A model generated the notes under the pieces. That model made no database searches. It had not been told where the DNA came from and saw only the letters and a program-made list of their open reading frames with translations. From a virus: a stretch of DNA of 64,000 nt. Location of the stretch: the IMG/VR virus record IMGVR_UViG_3300032080_000001, positions 32,001-96,000 of that record, one strand, 5' to 3'. Below, piece by piece: positions 50,179 through 60,981 of this stretch (position 1 is its first letter; every line of letters begins with the position of its first letter). The translations under genes and the position numbers were made by a program.

Positions 50179-50803
50179 CTTCTCATTCCGGAGGACCGGT
50201 GCAGGTCTTGTTCGTGAGGGTCAGCGAAAAGCTTCACGACACCGTGAACGTGAAGCTGTTTGAAGAAGGTTTAAGCGGCACGCACCTGGGCACGCTGCAT
50301 CTTCGTAAGAAGACGTGGGCGGAGTTGGAAGAAATCCTCCGCCGAGGTCTTCTCGCCCAAGGCAAACTCCTCGTCGTGCAGCAAAGCAACAGGCCCGCTC
50401 GCGCGGCGTAACCCCTTGACAAAACAGCACGACCCTATTACGTTTGGGTCCTCAGCACGTGGGACTCTCGTACGAAGTGCCGGAACTACCGGTACAGTAC
50501 CAACAGCGCACGAAGACCGATGACGAAGAATTTCCGCTCCAAGTTCTCGGCCGCCACCGGCACCGCGCTCATCGACGGCACCATCGCCCAGTTCCGCAAG
50601 ATGCGGGAGAGTCTGGAGAGCGGTATCGAGCACCTGACGAACGCGCGCAACGCGAACGACAACGAGGTCGAGACCAGCCGCCAACGGCACGCGGCCTTCG
50701 CGCACGCCAAGGCGCAGGAGAACGGCGTGCTCGACGCGAAGATGGAGGAGGCCCGGCATGTGCTGGCCGCCCTGCCGGGCGCGCCGCGTGAGAAGGAGGT
50801 GGT

Positions 50804-51712
50804 GTGATGCCCGAGGTGCGCTCGTACTCCAGCATCTACAACATCGACCACCGCGTCGCGGCCGACATCTTCGACGGACCGGTCGCCGTGCAGGAGAAGG
50901 TGGACGGCTCGCAGTTCTCGTTCGGCGTGTACGACGGCGAGGTCGCCGTGCGCTCGAAGGGGCAGCAAATCATCCTCGACGCGCCGCCGAAGATGTTCAA
51001 GAAGGCCGTGGACACGGTGCTCCGGCTGGCCCCGCGCCTGGTGCCCGGCTGGACGTACCGAGGCGAGTACCTGGAGAAGCCGAAGCACAACGCGCTGGCG
51101 TACAGCCGGGTCCCCAAGGACCACATCATCCTGTACGACATCGACCGGGGCCACCAGGACTACCTGTCCCCCGAGGAGACGTTCGCGGAGGGCGTTCGCC
51201 TGGGGCTGGAAGTGGTGCCGCTGCTGTACTACGGCGTGCTCGCCGGTCCCGCCGAGGCGCGGGCGCTGCTCCCCGAGGAGAGCATCCTGGGCGGCGTGAA
51301 GCCCGAGGGCGTGGTCGTGAAGAACTACGCCAAGCTGGACCCGGAGAAGAAGACGCTGATGGTCAAGTTCGTGACCGAGGCGTTCCGCGAGGTCCACAAG
51401 AAGGCGTGGGGCGAGAGCAACCCCGGCCAGAAGGACATCATCCAGCGCCTCATCGAGACGTACAAGGTCGAGGCCCGGTGGGAGAAGGCCGTGCAGCACC
51501 TTCGCGACGCCGACGTGCTAACCGGCACGGTGAAGGACATCGGCGCGCTGATAAAGGAGGTGCCGAGGGACGTGCGGAAGGAGGAAGAGGACGCCATCAA
51601 GGACGCACTCTTCGCCTACGCGTGGCCGCACATCCTGCGCGGCATCACGTCCGGCCTGCCGCAGTGGTACAAGGCACGGCTGGAGGCCGAGGCGATGGAG
51701 GCCGCCGCATGA
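50804..51712 (+). CDS. RNA ligase (Rnl2-like nucleotidyltransferase)
   Basis: QEKVDGSQ (motif I), RGEY, LYDI, VVPLLY, PEGVVVK, MVK. Confidence 0.8.
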   Translation: MMPEVRSYSSIYNIDHRVAADIFDGPVAVQEKVDGSQFSFGVYDGEVAVRSKGQQIILDAPPKMFKKAVDTVLRLAPRLVPGWTYRGEYLEKPKHNALAYSRVPKDHIILYDIDRGHQDYLSPEETFAEGVRLGLEVVPLLYYGVLAGPAEARALLPEESILGGVKPEGVVVKNYAKLDPEKKTLMVKFVTEAFREVHKKAWGESNPGQKDIIQRLIETYKVEARWEKAVQHLRDADVLTGTVKDIGALIKEVPRDVRKEEEDAIKDALFAYAWPHILRGITSGLPQWYKARLEAEAMEAAA

Positions 51713-52973
51713 ACTGGCTACGCAAGCTGCTACAGCGGCGCCTGTATCTCCGCATCGTGTTCAAGAGCGGACACGTCGAGACGGTGCGGGTGACGCGGTA
51801 CGAGGTGACGCACAACCTGTCCCGACTCACGTGGACGGACCCTCCGGAGCCGTACAGACCACGCGCGCTGAGCGGGCTACGAATGGACCACGTGAGCGCC
51901 GTGCTCTCTGAGTGGCGCTTCTTCTGACGAACAAAGGGAGGGCGTGACCCGCCCTCCCTGCAAAACGAAAGACAACAGATGTCATTCAAACCGTACGTCA
52001 AGCAGCCCGAACGCAAGACCTCCCGGAGCCACCGTATCCTGGACCGACTGCTCGCGGCGCTCATCTACGTCGCGGCCGGGCTGCTGGTCTTCCTGTGGGT
52101 GGTGGTCGTCACGGTGTGGAACGCACTGGTCAGCGCCCTGCCGTGGGTCATCGCGGTTCTCGCCATCGTGTGGGTGCTGCACTTCTGGCTCGGGGTGCTC
52201 TGATGCCCCGGCTCTACGTGCCGAGCATCGGGGACCAGCTTCGCCTGACGAAGGACTGGACCTTCCGGCTGCACTACGAGTACCGCAACAGCAAGCTCCT
52301 GGCGGCCATCGGGGCAAAAGTCCACGGCTACGGGTCTCCGGCGTACACGCGCCCGAACGGAGAGCCGCTGTTCACCGGCTACTACAACGAGGGCCCGGAC
52401 CTTCCGCACGAGACAATGACACTCCCGGCGGGGACCGTCCTCAAGGTGGACCGCATCTACATCAAGAAGGGCAGCGGGGACTTCGACTCGATGACCTTCT
52501 ACGTGAAGAAGGAGAGCGGCGCCGCGCTGGACAAGAAGTTCTACGGCGCCCGCTTTTGGGTGAAGCTCGCGGACGCCAACACCATCGAGTTCGAGGAGGT
52601 GGCAGAGTGACGGCACCCGACTTGTTCGGTGGCGAGAAGCCCATCGAAGCCCCGTTGCTGGAGCACAAACTTCGCGACTTGCTCGTGAAGCACCGCTACG
52701 ACAGCCTGTCGCGGCCCGGTACGCAACGTAAGCTGATGCCACACCATATCGACGCCCTGGTGAAGGACCTGCTTCCGTTCATCGACAGCGAGACGCAGGT
52801 TGCGTGGGAGGCCGGGGTAGATGCGGCGGGCGGCATCGACTGATGACTCTGCGGTCCCACGCACGGGGCTTGCGCCAAGCGACACGTAAGAGGGACAAAT
52901 ACCCTTGACAAAACGCCCTGACCCCATTAGGTTCAGGGCGTTCTTGCTAACGACGCCTGACGAATGGAACACG

Positions 52974-54314
52974 ATGACGAGTAACATCTTCGGTACGCAC
53001 GATGCCAACACCCTCGCGCAGTTCGAGGACGTGCAGAGCCGCGCGCTGCGCGCTGCACTCATGTCGGACGGGCACCTCGGCTACGTCATGCCTATCGGCG
53101 GTGTGGCGGCGTACGACAATAAGGTGAGCGTGGTGGGGGTCGGGATGGATATCGCGTGCGGGAACGCTGCCATTCGTACCAACCTGACGCTGGAGGGGCT
53201 CACCGGCATCACCGCCGAGGAAGCGAGGAGCAACCCGCACCGTGTGGCGGCGAACCGCGTGCTGAACGAGCTGGCCGACACCATCCAAAGCACCATTTCG
53301 TTCGGCATCGGTCGTAAGAACCAGAACGACGACGCCCCCGTGGACCATCCGTTGTTCCTGGACCCGCGCTGGTACGCGGTACCGAACACCGGGAGCTTCC
53401 GCCAGGACCTCATCGAGAAGGCGCGGCGCCAGCTCGGCACGGTCGGCTCGGGCAACCACTACGTGGACGTATTCTACGACGAGCAGGGCCGCATTTGGGT
53501 AGGCGTGCACTTCGGCTCGCGAGGGCTCGGTCACACCATCGCCACGAACTTCATCGCCATCTCGCAGGGCGGAACGTGGGGAGACCGGGCGAAGGAAGTG
53601 GAGGTACTGCTGGACCTCGACACGCCGATGGGGCACGACTACTGGAGCCTGATGAACCTCGCGGGGGCGTATGCCTACATTGGCCGCGAGTGGGTGGCGC
53701 GCAAGGTGGTGGAGCTGCTGGGCGGCGCCGAGCTGGAGCTGGTGCACAACCACCACAACTTCGCCTGGAAGGAGTTTCACGCCCTGCGGGAACCGCCCAA
53801 CGGAACACAATTCCACGGTGGCACCTCCTCGGTGCGTGAGGTGGTCGTGGTCCGCAAGGGTGCGACTCCCGCCTTCCCTGGCCAGAAGGGCTTCGTCGGC
53901 GGCAGCATGGGCGACGACTCGGTCATCCTCCGGGGCGCCGACTCGGAGGAGCCCATGACCCCGTGGGAGGAAGAGGCGAACGACGCGGTGTGGGCCGCGC
54001 AGGAGGCCGCGCTCTTCTCCACCGTTCACGGTGCGGGCCGCGTGATGAGCCGCACGGCCGCCGCCGGGAAGCGCGACCGCAAGACCGGGCAGGTGAAGGT
54101 ACCCGGCGCCATCTCTCCGGAGATGATGAAGACGTGGCTCGCCAAGAAGGGTGTCATCCTGCGCGGTGGTGGGCTAGACGAGGCACCGCAGGCGTACCGT
54201 CGCCTGCACGAGGTGCTGCCACAGCAGCGCGGCACGGTGGAAGTGTTGCACACGCTGTCGCCGCTGGTCGTGGTCATGGCCGGAGCCAACGAATTCGACC
54301 CGTACAAAGACTGA
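52974..54314 (+). CDS. rtcB: RtcB RNA ligase
   Basis: DGHLGYVMPIGGV, DIACG, GTVGSGNHY, HFGSRG, HNHHN, RKGATPA, STVHGAGR, DEAPQAYR; promoter at 52905. Confidence 0.95.
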   Translation: MTSNIFGTHDANTLAQFEDVQSRALRAALMSDGHLGYVMPIGGVAAYDNKVSVVGVGMDIACGNAAIRTNLTLEGLTGITAEEARSNPHRVAANRVLNELADTIQSTISFGIGRKNQNDDAPVDHPLFLDPRWYAVPNTGSFRQDLIEKARRQLGTVGSGNHYVDVFYDEQGRIWVGVHFGSRGLGHTIATNFIAISQGGTWGDRAKEVEVLLDLDTPMGHDYWSLMNLAGAYAYIGREWVARKVVELLGGAELELVHNHHNFAWKEFHALREPPNGTQFHGGTSSVREVVVVRKGATPAFPGQKGFVGGSMGDDSVILRGADSEEPMTPWEEEANDAVWAAQEAALFSTVHGAGRVMSRTAAAGKRDRKTGQVKVPGAISPEMMKTWLAKKGVILRGGGLDEAPQAYRRLHEVLPQQRGTVEVLHTLSPLVVVMAGANEFDPYKD

Positions 54315-55047
54315 GCGATGCCCTACAACGGACCGGTGCAGTACCCGATGTGGCAGGGCCCCACCTTCCCCTGCCGCCGGTGCGGACGACCGAGTTACCG
54401 CCTGCACGGAGACGACGAGCTATGCCTCACGTGCGCTGGTGGAGACCGTACCGGGTTCTTCTGGTGGGACCTGAGTGCGGAAGAGAAGACCGGGGTGACG
54501 GCTGAGCTGAACAAGCGCGCGGGATGCGCTGTGCCGGAAGCACTGGTCGTCCGCCTTCTCAACCAGCACCGCGACGTGCTGGAGAAGCTGAATCGCGTTG
54601 GGGCCGACACAGCGACGATGGATGAGGTGTGCGACATGGTGGCGCTACACCTCGTCGGCCAGGAATGGCCCACGTTCGGACAGAGCGCGGGAGAGGCTTT
54701 CTTCGAGGCACTACACCGCGCGCTCGACTGTACTCCCGAGCGTGACCGCTACGGCAGCGAGTTCTAACGAAAGGTCAAGACGATGCGCAAGGCCATCACT
54801 GTCTCCAGTCCCATCACGGTCGGGGTGGATGAGTCAAAGTTCACGCCGGAGTTCATGGAGGCGTTCCGTAAGAACTTCTTCGACTTCGACACCGTGCAGG
54901 ACCACATGGAGTACCTCGCCACGCTGTACGTGGAAAACGGCGGAAACTTCGCCGGGTGGATTGAGGGATACGGTGACCCGAACGACTTCGGCATCACGTT
55001 CGAGGAGTGGGGCCCCAACGTAACCGAAGTCGAGGACGCCTAAACTC

Positions 55048-55494
55048 GTGGCGCGGGTCATCATCGCGGGCTCGCGGAGCTTCACCGACATTCGTTACGT
55101 GAAACTGGCGGTGAAGCTTACGCTGGAGCGGCATCCGGGTCTCAGCATCACCGAGGTGGTGTCCGGCAAGGCGCGAGGGGCGGACACTCTCGGGGAGTGG
55201 TGGGCAAAGAAGAACAGCATCCCGGTGAAGGAGATGCCTGCTCCGTGGGACGACCTCACCCGACCGGGTGCGAAGATTCGTACGAATGCGTGGGGCAAGA
55301 AATACAACGCCAACGCGGGCTTCGAGCGCAACCGTGACATGGCAAAGTACGCCGCCGACGACCCGTACGGACAGGGCGGCCTCATCGCCCTTTGGGACGG
55401 CGAGTCGAACGGCACGCTCGACATGATTGAGCACGCCAAGGCGTACAACCTGTGGGTCGAGATGTTCACCAAACGCTTAAAGGCACCGGAATGA
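55048..55494 (+). CDS. SLOG-family protein (YspA/DUF2493-like)
   Basis: IIAGSRSF, VVSGKARGADTLGE.WA, AGFERN.DM, WDGESNGT.DMI. Confidence 0.85.
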   Translation: MARVIIAGSRSFTDIRYVKLAVKLTLERHPGLSITEVVSGKARGADTLGEWWAKKNSIPVKEMPAPWDDLTRPGAKIRTNAWGKKYNANAGFERNRDMAKYAADDPYGQGGLIALWDGESNGTLDMIEHAKAYNLWVEMFTKRLKAPE

Positions 55495-56027
55495 CAAAAT
55501 TGGAACGCGCGCGCCAGTTCGCGCAAGAGAAGCACGCCAGACAGACGTACAACGAGCGCCCGTATGTCCATCACCTCGATGGGGTGGTCATGGTACTGCT
55601 GCGGTTCGGTCGCTGTGCCGAGAACGTCACCGTTCCGGCGATGCTGCACGACGTGCTGGAAGACACAGACACTACGCGGGAAGAGCTGGTCGAGGTGTTC
55701 GATACGCAGACCGCCGACACGGTAAACTACGTTACCGACCAGCCGGGTAAGAACCGGGCAGAGCGGCACCGCCTCACGTACGAGCGCCTGGCGAAGGGCG
55801 ACGAGGGGCTGTACGTGGAGTTCATCAAGCGGGACGCTCGCACGGTTAAGCTGGCGGACCGCATCGCCAACGTAGAGACCAGTCTCGCCGCCGAGGGGAA
55901 GAGCTTCTTCGGCATGTACCGCAAGGAGTACCCCTTCTTCCGCGCCATGCTGCATGTGCCGGGCGAGAACGAGGAGATGTGGGCGCACCTCGATGCGCTG
56001 ATGGCCTCGGACTGGAAGGTGAGCTGA
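55491..56027 (+). CDS. HD-domain (p)ppGpp hydrolase-like protein (small alarmone hydrolase / Mesh1-like)
   Basis: FAQEKHARQ...PYVHHL, LHDVLEDT, VKLADRIAN. Confidence 0.85.
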   Translation: MTKLERARQFAQEKHARQTYNERPYVHHLDGVVMVLLRFGRCAENVTVPAMLHDVLEDTDTTREELVEVFDTQTADTVNYVTDQPGKNRAERHRLTYERLAKGDEGLYVEFIKRDARTVKLADRIANVETSLAAEGKSFFGMYRKEYPFFRAMLHVPGENEEMWAHLDALMASDWKVS

Positions 56028-56311
56028 TGGACGTGCAAGCGACGATGGACCGCGCCTACGCTATCTGCGAAGCGAAGGGATGGAGACGGGACTGGGTAGA
56101 GGGCGGGGTGGCGCTCCACCTCGAAGCCAGCGAGTTCATCGAATCCCTGCGCGGCAAAGGAGGGGACCCCGCCGACGAGGCAGGCGACGTGCTGTTTGTC
56201 ATCCTGTCGATGATGAAGGGGAACGGTATCACGCTCGACGCCGCGATGGCCGCCACCAATCGGAAGATGTCCGCCATCGAAGCGGGTACCTACAAGAACG
56301 GGGTGCACTGA
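56027..56311 (+). CDS. MazG-like NTP pyrophosphohydrolase
   Basis: LEASEFIE...DEAGDVLF (ExxE...ExxD). Confidence 0.75.
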   Translation: MDVQATMDRAYAICEAKGWRRDWVEGGVALHLEASEFIESLRGKGGDPADEAGDVLFVILSMMKGNGITLDAAMAATNRKMSAIEAGTYKNGVH

Positions 56312-56705
56312 TGCTTCCGTACATCTGGTACGCGACGAAGTATGCGCTGTTCTCCGTGTTCACGACCGGTGTGGCCGGGGCGGCTACATGGTTCGTCGGG
56401 GTGACGCCCACCCCCGCCGCGTTCGCCGCAGTCTCGGTGCTCAACTTCGTCGTGCTGGTGACAGTGAATCCTCTCAACTGGGATGACGCGTCATGAAATT
56501 CTTACGAATCGCGTGGCGCTGGTTCACCGGCCGCTGCACACGCTGCGGCGCGCCGATGGAGACCGCCTACTCCGGCTGCACGGGCGCGTGGTTCCGCTGC
56601 ACCAATTCCGCGTGCAGCGTGCCCCCTTGACAAAACCGTAGGACGCGTTTAAGTTCTGTCGTCTGTCTGACGACTACTCCCGAGTCACCTGTTGAAAGGA
56701 AGCTG

Positions 56706-57452
56706 ATGAAGAGCAACATCCGGTCGTTCTGCGAGTTCAAGGACGCCATCCTGGAGCACGTGCGCGACCACGTCCCCTCCCGCACCATCGAGTTCGTGCC
56801 CGTCGCGGACGAGCGCGGCAACAGCCTGTTCGGCACGACCGTGGACGGAGTGCTGGTGGACTCGGCCACGGCCAACTACGCGGAGGGCTTCCGGCGCGCG
56901 GTGCAGATGAGCATGGCGCGCGGCGCGCCGGGGCTGGACGTGGTTCACGTGGCCGCTGAGCAGTTCGCACACCACACCGTGGACCGCATCTTCCACACGT
57001 ACCCGTTCCTCCAGAGCGAGGTACAGGAGTACAACGACGACCTGGACAACCAGTACGCGGACCTCTCGGACGGCATGGCGAGCGCGATGTTCGACGCGCT
57101 GAACGCCAACCGCCGCAAGGGCGCGACGTGGGACACGGACAACGTGCACGGGCTGCTGGCCCACCTGTCGGAGGAGGTCAACGAGTTGGCCGAACTCGCC
57201 GGGACTTACGCCGACCTGTACGGCGACCCCATCGACGTGCTGCTGGACGAGCGGGTTCGCGACCGCATCCAGCGTGAGGCGGCCGACGTGGCGAACATGG
57301 CGGCGATGGTGGCCTCGCGCTTCGGCGCGCTGCCGGTGCCTGCACCGGAAGAGGCGGAGAACCTGGACTTCGCGGGGCCCATCGACGTGGACTTCGACGC
57401 CTACAGTCGCACGGAGCAGTACCTGAGCGGCTTCCGCAGCACCGGGTTCTAA
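56706..57452 (+). CDS. Protein with a MazG-like all-alpha domain
   Basis: NRRKGATW...EEVNEL...EAADVANMAAM; promoter at 56627. Confidence 0.55.
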   Translation: MKSNIRSFCEFKDAILEHVRDHVPSRTIEFVPVADERGNSLFGTTVDGVLVDSATANYAEGFRRAVQMSMARGAPGLDVVHVAAEQFAHHTVDRIFHTYPFLQSEVQEYNDDLDNQYADLSDGMASAMFDALNANRRKGATWDTDNVHGLLAHLSEEVNELAELAGTYADLYGDPIDVLLDERVRDRIQREAADVANMAAMVASRFGALPVPAPEEAENLDFAGPIDVDFDAYSRTEQYLSGFRSTGF

Positions 57453-57601
57453 TCGCCCCCGAGACGCGTCGAGGGCCGTCCGAAACACCGGGCGGCCTCT
57501 CGTGCGCAGCGGGTTGACATGAAGGCGTCGTACCGGTAGTTTACCGGTGTGGCAGGGCGCCCACTCTACCATCTTCATCCCTTTGCAAAGGAAACCACAG
57601 C

Positions 57602-57835
57602 ATGGCGAACAAGAGCCCCGTTTCGGCCGCCGTCGCGGCGGAGAAGCGCAAGGAGGGTCCGACCACGGCCATCAATACCGTGCGGCGCGACTCGACCAAG
57701 AGCGACCACGTCCCCGGCGACCAGACCTTCCATCGTCCGCAGGGCACGCCCACCGACTTCCGCAACAACCTGGACGTGGCCGTGGACCAGCAGGTCCCGA
57801 CCGGCCAGCCCGCCTACCCGGCGCCCGAGGCGTAA
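57602..57835 (+). CDS. Small monocistronic protein
   Basis: Own promoter (57514, carrying a TACCGGTA operator), AAGGA SD, terminator at ~57855-57890. Confidence 0.6.
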   Translation: MANKSPVSAAVAAEKRKEGPTTAINTVRRDSTKSDHVPGDQTFHRPQGTPTDFRNNLDVAVDQQVPTGQPAYPAPEA

Positions 57836-57966
57836 GTCCGGCGCGGTTCGTACGAAGACCCGGCACTCATTCGAGAGCCGGGTCTTTCTGTTGCCCCTTG
57901 ACAAAACAACGTGCCCCGTATATGTTAGTCGCGTTCGCCTGACGACTCACCAGCGAAGGAACAGCA

Positions 57967-60543
57967 ATGCCCCCGCCCACGCCCGCGAAGCTCGGAACCC
58001 TGACGTTCCTGTGCCCCACACACGGGCCAGTGCCTCTGCGGCGCAGCGACGTACACTTTTATGCCAACCTCAACCACGGCGTGACTGCGTCCTTCGACTG
58101 CGACTGCGGAAATAAACACCGCGTGGTGCTGATGGAAGAAAGCGGAGAGCAGGTCGGAGGCATGGGATGAACTTCGACCTGATTCGGCCGTGCGCCAATT
58201 GCCCCTTCCGTAACGACAAGCCGGGCTACCTGCGGCGCGAGCGCGTGGAAGAGCTGGAGGAGGGGATGGAACGGGGCACCTTCGCCTGCCACAAGACGGT
58301 GGACTACGACCGGTGGGACGAGGAGAGCGGAGAGGACGGCGAGCCCGCCGACTACACCCACGACGGAACCGAGCAGCACTGTGCGGGTGCGCTCATCCTC
58401 ATGGAGAAGGAAGGCCGCCCGTCCCAGCTCATGCGCATCGGAGAGCGCATCGGCTTCTACAACCCGGAGAAGCTGGACATGAACTCCCCTGTCTACGCCT
58501 CCTGGGCGGAGATGGCAGACGCGATGCAGGAGTAGGAGCACCACCCAACCCAACCCAACGAAAGGCCGCACGCCCGTGATTTCGACCACGAAGAAGACCC
58601 TGCGCGAGATGGAGCCCGGCGACCGCGTCCTTCTCCAGAAGCCCGGCGAACACGCCCTGTTCCGCACGGTGGCAGTGTACCCGGAGACCGATGGCGAGGG
58701 GTACCCGTTCGTACGAATGAAGGAGGCGCCGGAACTGCGCCTGTATCTCGACCTGCGCCGCCAGTACACCGTCGCCTGCCCGCCGCAGGTCTGACCGCTC
58801 CCGGCGGGGTGCTCCTCGGCACCCCGCCATTCTTATGCCCCTTGACAAATTCGTACGACCCGATTAGATTCGGGACCGTTCTGGAGACGACTCACCGACG
58901 AAAGGTAAGACGATGGCAAAGTATCGCATCGGGAACGCGGTGCGCGGAGAGTTCTACTTCGACGCACCTGACGACGAGACCGCGTGGACCATCGGGGCGG
59001 CCCTATTCGACAACGCATACCCGACCGTCTCCGGCCACGGCCGAATGGTGATGTTGGAGGCGGTTCGGCCGGTGAAGCAGGATTTCACACCGGGGAAGAA
59101 GGACACCGGGAGAAAGGGGTAACGGCGCCATGAAGCTCATATTCTACCACTCGGGGGACGAGGAGACACTCCACATCGTGCTGGAGTCCGGGGACGGCCG
59201 CGACACCGACGTTATCCGCACCGACTACGACCTTGTCGGTTGGAGCGGTTTGGCAGCGGTGCGAGAGACCGCCGAGACGCTCGCGCGTGCCGCCGGGTGG
59301 TCCGTCGAGCACAGCTACGGCGACGAGGACGACTACGAGGACGAAGAGGCCCCGTGCGCCTGATAACAGCGGAGGGCGAAGCGCGCGAGATGGGCTTTCG
59401 CTTTCGCCTTGGGCGACTTGGGTACGGGTCATACCGCACCGAGGTCAACGGGGCCGTGTTACGTGGCGGGCCCTTCGCGGGGTTCCTCGCCGTGTGCCAT
59501 ACCCGCGAGCGCTGGCGCTACCTCGGCCTCGGGTTCTGGTGGCGAGACTACCTACGCGCGAGGTGCAAATGAGCGACGGCTGGATGCTGTACGAAAACGT
59601 GCGCTTCCCGCACTGGCGCATGAAGGCCCGCCTTGCGACAGCCGAAGAGTTAGCCGCGAGCGAGGTTCCTTTCGCGGAGGCATACGTCGCATGCAACGGC
59701 TACGACTTCCACCGGAGTGACGTGTTCAAGAAGTACTGGCGACCCGTGACGGAGGAGACCGTATGAAGGGGGAGTTCATCCGCCAGTACGTGGCGGCGTT
59801 TCTCGCCGGTCTAGCGGTGGAGGAATTCAACCAGAACCGCTCGCACCGGGCGAACGAGACCCGGTATCAGACGCCGGATGCAGTCTTCCTGGCCGAGGAG
59901 GCGTGGAAGACGCTGGAGCAGGAGGCGCCCCAGTACACCACGGAGAACGCATGAGCGGCCAGTCCACCGAGAATCCGCTGGACGCCTTCTCGCGGGAGAT
60001 GACCGGCAAGCCGCTGGCCGACCTCACGCGCGAAGAGAGGCAGGCTCTCCAGCGTCATCCAGCGTGGCTCGGCATCGCGTACGGCATGGGGCAGCAGCGC
60101 ATGAACGACCTGCTCCTGTTGGACTACAGCAGCGACCACCTGCCGCCGGGAGACAACACCCCCGAGCAAAAGGAGATGATTGGCCGAGTCACCGAGATGT
60201 TCCGACAGTTTCACGCGGCGTACCCGGAGTTCAAGGCACTGTTCCCGCAGAGCCCCGCGCCCGTGCAAGAGCGCCACAACCACGGCCTCCAGAACGCGTG
60301 GGTCCGGGCGGCTGAACTTCGTATGAAGGAGAAGGACCACGAATGATGCTTCCGCTGCCGGTGGACCAGATGCACCCGCTCACGCGCGAAGAGGTCATCG
60401 CACGCGTTGAGGCGACGGGAGTAGCCGCGCCGCAGGTGCGCAGTGTGGTGCGCGCTCTCGCGGACGAGCGACTGGTCAACTTCTTCGGCATCCACGGGTC
60501 TGATACCGTCATCGCGGTGTACTACCCTGACCAGCCTAACTGA
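57967..60543 (+). CDS. Clusters of small hypothetical ORFs
   Basis: Follow the promoters at 57898 and 58842; coupled ORFs, e.g. 58167-58535 (Cys-rich CANCPF...FACHKT...HCAGA). Confidence 0.55.
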
Positions 60544-60981
60544 CGACTTCGTACGACCCGCCGGGTTGACAGAATCGTACTGTACCGGTATATTACCGGC
60601 GTTGTGCGACTTCATGGGACGCGCCCGCTTCATCTTAAGCGTCCCCTACTTCGTACCGTGGATAACGGTACTGTACATACAGGACACCGGTCCGCTTCAT
60701 ACGGGCGGACCGGCTCCGATCACGTTGCGCGAGACATGCTGACGCCGACTGGAGTGCCTCTAGTCCTGAACCCCGCTGTACCGCGCGGCATGTCGTTCCA
60801 GCTTAACGGAAGCCTCGTCCTGAATCCCAAGGACGTTTACGATTTCGGCACGGTGTACATCGCCCCCGGCCTCTTGCAGCCGGAGGCATTGACAAATGCC
60901 GGTGACCCTATTAGCTTAACGGACGTAGCTGACTCGGCCACTTCACCCGAGCCAACTTCGACACCTGGGGAGACGACGCGC

